From a virus: a stretch of DNA of 64,000 nt. The notes beneath the pieces are model-generated. The model searched no databases and had not been told where the DNA came from. It worked only from the letters and a program-made list of their open reading frames with translations. The position numbers and the translations under genes are program-made. The stretch is taken from IMG/VR virus record IMGVR_UViG_3300046706_000011, positions 26,507-90,506 of that record. One strand, given 5' to 3'. Positions 35,601 through 42,155 of this stretch are shown here, one piece after another. How positions within the stretch are numbered: position 1 is the first letter of the stretch; each line of letters opens with the position of its first letter.

Positions 35601-37189
35601 GACGAGTCCACGATGGCCTTTGCCCGGTCCACCGCCGCCTTCTTCTCGTCGCCGGAGGCCGACGCGATCTGCCGATGGAGCTGCTCGATGTCGGCGAGCG
35701 ACTTGGCGTGCCCCTTGGCGGTGGCGTCAACCGCCTGGAGGCCCTTGTTGGTCTGGACCAACGCGAGGACGCCGGCCGCCAGGGCGGCGGCGAGGGCGAG
35801 CAGGGGATGGCCTGCGAGGGCGACGCCGAGGCTGGCCAGCGAGGTCGCAAGGCCGCCGATCGCGCCGACGACACCGATCACCCAGCCGGCCAGCTTGATG
35901 GCGATGAGCCCCTCGACCACCAGCATGACGGTCTGGATGTTCTCGGCGAGGACCTTGAATGCCGCCACGAGGTTCTCGACGGCGGTCTTGAGCATGCCGC
36001 CCAGTTCCTCCGAGAGCTTGCGGCCCTCGATCCCGTTGAGGAAGCGCGCAAGGTCCTGGGCGCCCTCTGCGGCGGCCTTGAGGAAACCCGCCTCCGAGAC
36101 GCGGTTCTTGAACTCATCGAAGGCGTTGGACAGCCGGTTGAACGCCGCCCCGGCCCCGTCCAGCGCCCCGGTGAGCGGGAACTTCTCGGCCACGGCCCGA
36201 CCGAAGGTGTCGAAGAACGCGCGCGCGGAGACCTGCCCCTGGTCCATCGCCTTGCCGAGCTGCTCGACGCTCATGCCCATGGCGCGGGCGGCGAGGTTGA
36301 CCGCCCCCGGAAGCTGCTCCCCGAGCTGTTCCTTCAGCTCCCCAGCCTGGACGGTGCCGCGGCTGGCGATCTGGGCCAGGGCCAGGAACGCCCGGCTCGC
36401 GTCTTCCGGGCTCTTGCCCAGCACGGACATCGCCTGGGCCACCGCGAAGAACGTGTCCTTGGCCTTGGCCATGTCCACGTTGGACCCCGCCACCGCCGCC
36501 GTGAAGCCGACATACTGCTTGCCGGTCGAGAGCAGGTTGAGGCCGAGGCGCTGGCTCTCGGCGCGCAGGCGCTCCATCTCCTGGGCGCCCTTGGCGCTTG
36601 ACCCGGTGGCGACGTCGAGCCCGGTCCGAAGGCTCTGGAAGGCCATGCCGACCTGGGCGACGTCCCGCACCAGGACGCCGGCCCCGATTCCGGCCAGGAC
36701 GCCTTTGAGCGACACGACGGAATCCTCAAGGCGTCCAAAGGCATTCCGCAGGTTGTTGACGTGCTGGACGGCGCCGGAGGTGTCCAGGTTCAGCCTGGGG
36801 ACGGACGTGGCGGCATCCGCGCCGCTGGTCCTCGGCGGGCGGGGCGCCGTGAGGACCCGCGCGGCGTCGGCCCGCCTCTCGGTGGCGCGGCTCTCGGCGT
36901 TCAGGGCTTCCTGCCGGGCGGCCGACTCCCGCCGCACCGCGTCCGTCTTGCGCTGCTCGGCCTGCTCGACGGAACGCGCCTCCGCCTCGGCCGCGCGGCT
37001 GGCCTGCCCGGCGCCGGGCGCCGGGTCCGGCCGGCGCATGGGGCGGATCGCGTTCAGCTTCTCGACCGCCGCCACGGCCGCCTCGGCGCGGGCCTTGATG
37101 GCGTCGAGCGCACCCTGGACCATGCGGGACCCCGTCAGCGCTCGCGAGGAGTCGATGACGATCTGAAGGGTCTCTTGCCTATCGGCCAT
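32693..37189 (-). CDS. tail tape measure protein
   Basis: 1498 aa. Tape-measure N-domain (ALAQIASRGTVQAGEL..QLGE.LPGA), coiled-coil body, lambda-type C-region (FADMAKSIAADLARM; HAGG..EVPAVL.KGEGV). Confidence 0.93.
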   Translation of the reverse strand: MADRQETLQIVIDSSRALTGSRMVQGALDAIKARAEAAVAAVEKLNAIRPMRRPDPAPGAGQASRAAEAEARSVEQAEQRKTDAVRRESAARQEALNAESRATERRADAARVLTAPRPPRTSGADAATSVPRLNLDTSGAVQHVNNLRNAFGRLEDSVVSLKGVLAGIGAGVLVRDVAQVGMAFQSLRTGLDVATGSSAKGAQEMERLRAESQRLGLNLLSTGKQYVGFTAAVAGSNVDMAKAKDTFFAVAQAMSVLGKSPEDASRAFLALAQIASRGTVQAGELKEQLGEQLPGAVNLAARAMGMSVEQLGKAMDQGQVSARAFFDTFGRAVAEKFPLTGALDGAGAAFNRLSNAFDEFKNRVSEAGFLKAAAEGAQDLARFLNGIEGRKLSEELGGMLKTAVENLVAAFKVLAENIQTVMLVVEGLIAIKLAGWVIGVVGAIGGLATSLASLGVALAGHPLLALAAALAAGVLALVQTNKGLQAVDATAKGHAKSLADIEQLHRQIASASGDEKKAAVDRAKAIVDSSRDVQAELEKELAQRRALMESEASVERRASPGGQSTFGPTQEDSRAAMYNTAQVERQIREAEERRKAAEKALGGSGAASPAADALTDQQRSTKELEKQTAEIRKQIEGQERLGRQFQSSKEAMVGVKRELEIISQTKPLEFRVSEQTKKEIADLNVRIEETQAKLRADPGNDALRGDISRMQGEVAGKQRLPEGQMLPEDVDKLRESYRQLNAARDMLSAGPILQTLRSEIELSNRMAEAHKKGTDAVQDEKDAQDARNKVLEAGIDITGRAASAIYALVAAHNRAEELEAIQLKVASQQREIDSNAMASQIQATTQGPERIAALAQFPAQVAAGNRPGPRPENLPFMMQGRKALSDLDLQAQKQLEDEVIQTRAVARQAGVGGIKSVAAAVKAGREDAIGDLRRERGYGPDAPLSAADQKIVEQRGERAGLQYRIRQQNKTGRTPQDTFGEKSRELGQSIDAQRQLASAYGGTASAVEQATRSQEIMNKVHGFSEKLTKDQKAALEGLVGTLYDVQKATKFEAAKFGLREDTKAVLELAAAHDQGVDAVNREKDAIEARRMAADLGISSDQAAVRSLEELIEKRREAAQDERIAGEVAANRRYVGSLDEVRAAYDKVGEARIRALAEAGARQDLLGQGADPESDRGRQFVASAGDRAMGDWTRESEDRIRLGQLEVEGTNRQMEAMSLFGEERLRRMAEIQKENELIAANGAATDELSQSQIRLAGDTAVSADRLSRMNDSLDQLANSMMTGNEAMRQAAYGGLMHFEDALVDIVTGAKSAREAFADMAKSIAADLARMAIRMAIIQPLAMMFGGGGGMFAANAAVMGGGMMMSQKHGGGIIGVEGGPLRAIPSFHAGGVVGREVPGLRPMPSVSSLIRYHAGGLAGNEVPAVLKKGEGVFTPGQMANLAPAGGGGATNNITVNVTAQQGMDQGAAERQGRAIARQIEQAMNDKLIKERRNGGLLSNS

Positions 37190-37517
37190 CGGCGGCCTCC
37201 TGTGTGGGCGGGTCCGGGGGCGGCGGGGCCTCGCCGCGGCCGGTCGGGCGGACCCTCATGAGCGCGGCCTTCAGGTTCTCGGCGAGGGCGGCCCTGTCGT
37301 CCGTCGTCTTGGCGGGCCTCCGGAGCAGGTCGTCGAGCCTCGGGAAGTGCTTGGCGTCGCAGCGCTGCATGTACGCGCCGTGCCACGCGGCCCACAGGTC
37401 CCTCTCGCGCGCGGCCCCCTCGGCATCGACGTGGGCCTCGACGCAGATGCGCGTCTCGTTCGGGGTGAGGGACCAGAACGCGCCGGGCTGGATGCCCGCG
37501 CGGAAGGCCGCCTTCAT
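37179..37517 (-). CDS. tail assembly chaperone, T part (expressed as G-T by -1 frameshift)
   Basis: GIQP..FWSLTP.E motif, in the -1 frame relative to the upstream chaperone, immediately before the TMP. Confidence 0.8.
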   Translation of the reverse strand: MKAAFRAGIQPGAFWSLTPNETRICVEAHVDAEGAARERDLWAAWHGAYMQRCDAKHFPRLDDLLRRPAKTTDDRAALAENLKAALMRVRPTGRGEAPPPPDPPTQEAADGR

Positions 37518-37525
37518 GGCGCGGA

Positions 37526-37864
37526 TCAGGCCGTCTTCCCCGCCGTCCCCGGAGGGTTTCCCGGGTCCTCCACCTTGGCCGGCGGGTCCTTGGCGCCGAA
37601 CCAGCAGTAGTTGATCGCGTCGGTCACCGCCTCGATGGCCGGGGCGAGGGGGGGGGACATCTCCATGATGCGCTCTGGCGTCATGTCCGGATGGCGGCCC
37701 GCCATGGCGACGGCCATGACGACCGACAGGTGGGACGGGTTGGTCAGGTTGTAGCCGTCCGGGAACTTCTCCCGGATCTCGGCGACGGCGTTCCAGTCGA
37801 GCCGCATCGTGTAGGGGATGCCGTCGATCTCGTGCGTGACGGTGCCGCGGGTGGGGTTCGTCAT
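37526..37864 (-). CDS. tail assembly chaperone G (GTA-gp10-like)
   Basis: MTNPTRG.V..EIDG..Y.MRLDWNAVAEI, located between the tail tube and the TMP. Confidence 0.8.
   Translation of the reverse strand: MTNPTRGTVTHEIDGIPYTMRLDWNAVAEIREKFPDGYNLTNPSHLSVVMAVAMAGRHPDMTPERIMEMSPPLAPAIEAVTDAINYCWFGAKDPPAKVEDPGNPPGTAGKTA
37556..37562 (-). other. -1 programmed frameshift slippery site G-GGA-AAC
   Basis: In-frame X XXY YYZ heptamer. The -1 frame is open (GKPSGDGGEDGLIRA) into the ATG at 37517. Confidence 0.8.
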
Positions 37865-37949
37865 GGACCTTCGGGGTTCGGGTTGGCGGGCTGGGCGTGG
37901 ACGGGTCCCACGCCCGGTTCTCGTGGCCGGGGGATCGTCGCGCATGCGG

Positions 37950-38351
37950 TCAGATCTGTTGGAGGAGGTGGAGCTTCCAGGTCGGCATGTCGAAGCGCCG
38001 GGGCTCGGCGACCTCGCCTAGGCCCTCGACCGGGTCGGCCGGGACCATGACGGTCGCGTGCTCGACGCCGCCCCGGTCGGCCAGCGCGACGACGTTCCCG
38101 GTGCGCCCGGTCACGCGGACCGGGTCGCCGACCGAGAACGGGACCAGCGGGTCCCCCGGCGATAGTTCCCAGGGCTCGCAGATGTACGACGCCGGCATGC
38201 CGGTGTCGAGGTCGAGGCCGTACAGGAAGACGACGTAGAGCACGTCCACCGGCCCGCCCCGGACGTCGAACACGATGCCGGGGCCGCGGCCGATGACGTG
38301 GACCGGGTCGCCCACGGAGAGGCGGACCCGGCCGGGGAGGGTGCCGGTCAT
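37950..38351 (-). CDS. hypothetical protein with two SH3/KOW-like repeats
   Basis: LSVGDPVHV.GRG.GIV and FSVGDPVRV.GRTGNV. Confidence 0.55.
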   Translation of the reverse strand: MTGTLPGRVRLSVGDPVHVIGRGPGIVFDVRGGPVDVLYVVFLYGLDLDTGMPASYICEPWELSPGDPLVPFSVGDPVRVTGRTGNVVALADRGGVEHATVMVPADPVEGLGEVAEPRRFDMPTWKLHLLQQI

Positions 38352-38361
38352 GGGGTTGGCC

Positions 38362-38790
38362 TTACGGAGGTGTCGTGCCCCAAGTGATCGCGTTGGTGAT
38401 CTCCAGCGTGACCGCAAGTGTTGAAAGTGCATCAACACCACCACTTACGGTATACTGGGATACGAACGCCAGGAATGTCGCCGTCGTATGCGCGACGTCC
38501 GAGAACGTGATCCGGTAGTTTCGGCGGGTCTGCGCCGCGCGGTCTGATCGCAACTGGACCTGCCCTGGGTCGGCGGGGGCGAAGTTCATCTCCAACGAGA
38601 TGTTCCCTTCGTCCATCAGGCCGAGGACTTTTTCCTTACCCGTGCTGCTGAGGGTGGTGGCGTCGATCACCGTGGCGGTGCCGCCGGGGCCGGTGAAGGA
38701 GCGGATTTCCGCTATGGGTGTATAGGTGCCGGGAGTCGCGGTCTCGTAGGCTATGACCGTGCCCTGTGCGTTGAAAGCTGCCGAGGGAAT
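38362..38790 (-). CDS. major tail tube protein (apparent ATT start)
   Basis: (I)PSAAFNAQGT, EIRSFTGPGG.A.VIDATTLSS..KEK..GL.DEG, AFV..Y..SGGVD...TLEIT. GGAGG lies 6 nt before ATT. Confidence 0.88.
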   Translation of the reverse strand: MPSAAFNAQGTVIAYETATPGTYTPIAEIRSFTGPGGTATVIDATTLSSTGKEKVLGLMDEGNISLEMNFAPADPGQVQLRSDRAAQTRRNYRITFSDVAHTTATFLAFVSQYTVSGGVDALSTLAVTLEITNAITWGTTPP

Positions 38791-38830
38791 AATAGGCCTC
38801 CATTACAATCGGTGGTGATTTTCGGGCAAC

Positions 38831-38854
38831 AAAAAACCCCGCCGAAGCGGGGTT
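38831..38854 (-). terminator. rho-independent terminator
   Basis: Minus strand AACCCCGC-TTCG-GCGGGGTT followed by a T run. Confidence 0.8.
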
Positions 38855-38878
38855 CTCTGCCTTCTGACCAGCCTGGGA

Positions 38879-39120
38879 TCAGGCCAGATGTTTCCAATGC
38901 TACCTTGACTTGATCTTGCCGACCGAAGTGGGGCACAAGCCATAGTCGGCGGCGATTTTTCGGTCTGACCGAGGATCTTCTCGGATCGCGAGCACCTGAT
39001 GCTCAGTCAGCTTTGCCTGACCAGCCGTTTCTCCTCGCGCACCCCGACCCTTGGACACCATGTCATCCACGTTGTCCTGATGGCACCCAAACGGGTTTCC
39101 CGTGTTAACGCAATTCCGTC
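38879..39120 (-). pseudogene. HNH homing endonuclease remnant
   Basis: CVN...HQDNVDDMVSKGR..GE...AKLT..QV.AIR..IA..YG. In-frame TAG at 38900-38902 before the typical WKHL ending. N-terminal HNH part missing. Confidence 0.7.
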
Positions 39121-39131
39121 CGGCGTCCGCA

Positions 39132-39157
39132 TAAAAAAACCCCGCTTGCAGGCGGGG
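39132..39157 (-). terminator. rho-independent terminator
   Basis: Minus strand CCCCGC-CTGCAA-GCGGGG followed by TTTTTTT. Confidence 0.78.
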
Positions 39158-39271
39158 CGTGGCGAGGCTCGGACAGGGCAAGGAACCCTGGATGTGACAA
39201 ACCTGTCCTTGCCCACACTGTAAAGCACACGGGGTTTCCGTGTGAAGCGATTTCCTCGGCAAGGAACCACG

Positions 39272-39676
39272 TCAGGCGTGGCTGTCAGTGTACTCGAAGG
39301 GCACGCGGACGACGGTCTGCCGATTGCCGTAGTCGTCGCGCCCGGCGTCGCTGATGGCGGCGGCACCCAGGCGCAGGCCCCCGGCGAACGCCTTGCCCTC
39401 CAGGATCTGGACGGCGGCGACGGACAGGGCGTCGGCCTCGGCCGTGCCCTTGCCGCCCTGGACGAGCACCTGGACGACGACGAACCCGAACCGAGCCCAG
39501 TGCACGACGTTGCCGGTCCACGACTGCGGGACCGAGCCGTTGTGCTGGAGCGCGACCCGGACGAAGGGCGCCACGGGGGTCTGGCCGGCGTCCTCGTCGT
39601 GGTCGATGGGGGTGCGGGCGGCCCACTGGGTCGTGAACAGGCCGACGACGGCGGCGCGGGCCTCGGCGGGGGTCAT
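39272..39676 (-). CDS. tail terminator protein (DUF4128-like)
   Basis: PFVRV, G.VVVQV....G.G...AD.L and V.VPFEY patterns, just upstream of the tube gene. Confidence 0.75.
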   Translation of the reverse strand: MTPAEARAAVVGLFTTQWAARTPIDHDEDAGQTPVAPFVRVALQHNGSVPQSWTGNVVHWARFGFVVVQVLVQGGKGTAEADALSVAAVQILEGKAFAGGLRLGAAAISDAGRDDYGNRQTVVRVPFEYTDSHA

Positions 39677-39882
39677 CCGTCCACGTCCCGGTCCCGGTCC
39701 CCGTCCCCGTCCCTGGTCCCGTCCCGGAGGGCTTCGTCCTCGACCTCCGCCTCCAGGGCCTCCAGCTCCGTCCGCTCGGCGTCGGTGAACTCCGTCGGCA
39801 TGGTCCCGGAGGAGATGAAGGTGACGCCCTCGTGGTCGAAGACGTGGCGGATGTATTTCTTCAGCAGCGCCTTGTAATCCAT
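39673..39882 (-). CDS. small acidic hypothetical protein
   Basis: GGGAG RBS, MDYKALLKKYIRHV..EGVTF, ATGA coupling. Confidence 0.6.
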   Translation of the reverse strand: MDYKALLKKYIRHVFDHEGVTFISSGTMPTEFTDAERTELEALEAEVEDEALRDGTRDGDGDRDRDVDG

Positions 39883-39896
39883 GTCGTCGTTCTCCC

Positions 39897-40364
39897 CTAT
39901 CTCTTCAGTACCGTGCGGACCCCGACCTGGATCGCGCCTTGAACGAACCCGGCCGGCGCCTGGGACGAATGCCCCTCATTCAACCTCTGGATGTAGTCCA
40001 GGTTGTTGCACACCCATATCTTTTGCCCGATGCGGAACCGGGCGGTGACCTGCCCCATCCTCGCCATGGTCTGGGTCCCGGACGGGTCGGGCTGGTCCAC
40101 GGTATCGTTGCTCGGCACCTCCAGGGATGGAAGCCAGTTCGCCCGCGCCCGGCCCCCGGTGTAGTTGCGGCCCACGAACCCCCGGTCGCCGCGCTTCTTC
40201 CCCCGGTTGGCCGCCCACAGCTCCGGGTTTCCCACGGGCGTGCGCAGGACCAGCTCGCGGTCGATGGCGAAGGCCAGTTGGCGGACCGTCTTGGACACGT
40301 CCTCCAGGACCTTGGCGTTCCAGGCGTCGAGGCCGACGATGAACTGGGACAGGTTGCCTGCCAT
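39897..40364 (-). CDS. neck/tail completion protein (HK97 gp10-like)
   Basis: RTPV, GGRARANW, NNLDYIQRLNEGHSSQAPAGFV. Confidence 0.85.
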   Translation of the reverse strand: MAGNLSQFIVGLDAWNAKVLEDVSKTVRQLAFAIDRELVLRTPVGNPELWAANRGKKRGDRGFVGRNYTGGRARANWLPSLEVPSNDTVDQPDPSGTQTMARMGQVTARFRIGQKIWVCNNLDYIQRLNEGHSSQAPAGFVQGAIQVGVRTVLKR

Positions 40365-40365
40365 A

Positions 40366-40563
40366 TCAGCCGTCCTCCCCGTCGTCCACGGCCGGGGCCT
40401 CGTGGACCTGCCGGGGCTTCTCCCTGCGGAAAGAGTCCAGTTCGTCCCACAGGGCCATCAGGAGCGATGCCGGGCAGGCGTGCCCGGCCTCGACCAGCCA
40501 GCGCGCCTCCCGCTCCACGTCGTCTCGGGTGATCCGGGTCGCTTCCGTGTCGGCCATGGTCAT
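40366..40563 (-). CDS. hypothetical protein
   Basis: 65 aa, translationally coupled within the operon. Confidence 0.45.
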   Translation of the reverse strand: MTMADTEATRITRDDVEREARWLVEAGHACPASLLMALWDELDSFRREKPRQVHEAPAVDDGEDG

Positions 40564-40919
40564 CTCCGCAGGACGAGGTCGTAGTAGAAGTCCGGGTCGC
40601 CGCGCACCGCCGCGACGTTCCAGACGATGCCCCGGTGGTCGGTGAGTCGGTCGCCCTCGTCGGCCGCCGCGAGGTCGCGGGCGCGGACCAGGGCGCGCAG
40701 GTCGCTCGACAGGACGTCGGTGCCGGCGATCTCGGCCAGCTCGAAGTCCAGCAGGAAGCAGTCGAGCACGGTGACGGCGACGGTGCGGGGCACGGTCCCG
40801 GTCGCGGGGTCGTAGGCGCCCTGGGTGATGTGTTGGTAGGTCACGGTCTTCAGGCGGGAGGCGAGCCGGGTCCAGGCTTGGTCCAGCCCGTTCCGGATCG
40901 CGGCGTCGATGTCGGCCAT
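40560..40919 (-). CDS. head closure protein
   Basis: G.YDPATG and I.GT.V...D patterns, after the adaptor gene. Confidence 0.75.
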   Translation of the reverse strand: MADIDAAIRNGLDQAWTRLASRLKTVTYQHITQGAYDPATGTVPRTVAVTVLDCFLLDFELAEIAGTDVLSSDLRALVRARDLAAADEGDRLTDHRGIVWNVAAVRGDPDFYYDLVLRR

Positions 40920-40938
40920 GGCGTCGGGCTCCCGGAGG

Positions 40939-41529
40939 TCAGCGGAGGATGGGTCCGAGGGACGCCCCCGAGCCGGACCCGACGTAGTCGCCCCAATGGC
41001 GCAGCATGGCGGCGACCTCCGCCGGGACGAGGCGGGTCGCGGCGGCCGTCGCCTCGGCCTGGGCCTGGATGGTCGCGGCGGTCGCGGTCGCCATCTTGAT
41101 CCCGATGGGGCCGAGGGTGATCTCCTGGACCTGCTGCTCGGTGCTCCCGGCCGCGGCGCCGGTCCCGGCGGCCTGGGCGTCGAGGAGGGCGACCTGGTCC
41201 TGGGCGAGCCTGAGGGCGAGGACGGCGGCGGCGAGCCGCACCGCGTCGGGCACCTTGTCGAGGGGGAATGCGCGGTAGTCCGGGCCGACCACCCCCCGGC
41301 GCGGCCAGCCGAGCGGCTGGTCGCCGTGGAGCGGCCGGCCGCGCCAGGACATGGTGGCGTCGAGCAGGCGGGTGGCGGACACCAGCGCCCGCTCCTGGTC
41401 CGGGGGATCGATCAGGTCCCAGGCGTCGGCGTTGACGCCGGCCGCGTGGAACGCGGTCGCGAAGGTGCGGCTGGCATAGGACGAGGCGGTCGGGTCGCGC
41501 CCGGTCCCGGTTTCGACGACGAGCGCCAT
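40939..41529 (-). CDS. head-tail adaptor (DnaT-like family)
   Basis: MALVVETGTG...A.SY, E.AL..AT..LD, QPL.WPR and VP..V..A...LAL. Confidence 0.82.
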   Translation of the reverse strand: MALVVETGTGRDPTASSYASRTFATAFHAAGVNADAWDLIDPPDQERALVSATRLLDATMSWRGRPLHGDQPLGWPRRGVVGPDYRAFPLDKVPDAVRLAAAVLALRLAQDQVALLDAQAAGTGAAAGSTEQQVQEITLGPIGIKMATATAATIQAQAEATAAATRLVPAEVAAMLRHWGDYVGSGSGASLGPILR

Positions 41530-41545
41530 GGCCGGCCCCGCCCGG

Positions 41546-41737
41546 TCAATTGCCGACGCGGACGGTGTCGAGGCCGCCGACGCCGAGCACCACGCCGACC
41601 AGCCACAGCGCGACCAGGACGACGACCGCGATGTTCAGCAGGTTCTTCAGGCGCGGTTCCATCGGGACGTAGGCGTTGACCAGCCACATGGCTATTCCGA
41701 CCACGACGACGGTGATGATCAGGGAGATGATGGACAC
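41546..41737 (-). CDS. small 2-TM membrane protein (Thivi_2564-like)
   Basis: IISLIITVVVVGIAMWLVNAYVPM...KNLLNIAVVVLVALWL. Confidence 0.7.
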   Translation of the reverse strand: MSIISLIITVVVVGIAMWLVNAYVPMEPRLKNLLNIAVVVLVALWLVGVVLGVGGLDTVRVGN

Positions 41738-41807
41738 GGGACGGACTCCTTGTTCAGGGTGCGAAGGGAGGGGGGCTCGGGATCGGCCGGGACCGGCCGC
41801 CTGGAAC

Positions 41808-42155
41808 CTAGGGGATGAGGTTGCGCAGGACCCGGAACTCCCCGGTGAAGGCGGTCGCGACGTCCCCGGCGGCGTCGGAGATCTGGACCTCGTGGTAGTA
41901 GGACCCGGACAGCGCGCTGGTGTCGGCCGGGTCGAGGTCCACCGTGAAGGCCCCGTTGAAGGCGTCCGTGACGGTGATCCCGGCGCCGACCGCCTTGGCC
42001 AGGACGGGTGTCCGGGAAAACCGCGCGACGGTTCCCCTGGACGCCTGCCACGACACGGCGGCGTCGGTGATGTCGAGCGGGACCGGCGGCGACGCGCCGT
42101 TGGTGATGGTGAAGTGCAGGCGCTTGGTGTCGCCCGCGAACATCTGGAACGTCAT
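41808..42155 (-). CDS. BppU-N-like fibre adaptor protein
   Basis: GDT...FT, PLDIT.A, GI.VTDA.NG...V.L.P.DT..L.G.YY.EVQ. Confidence 0.65.
   Translation of the reverse strand: MTFQMFAGDTKRLHFTITNGASPPVPLDITDAAVSWQASRGTVARFSRTPVLAKAVGAGITVTDAFNGAFTVDLDPADTSALSGSYYHEVQISDAAGDVATAFTGEFRVLRNLIP

Noticed and set aside
38900-39262. Intact 120-aa HNH gene as listed in the ORF track
   Set aside because: Its 5' half runs through hairpins and a terminator, it lacks the HNH His motifs, and it stops before the conserved WKH end. Treated as a remnant.
32315-41529. Gene transfer agent or tailocin
   Set aside because: Only the chaperone is GTA-like. A long TMP, lambda-like tip, capsid gene, moron and lysis cassette indicate a true phage, and there is no sheath.
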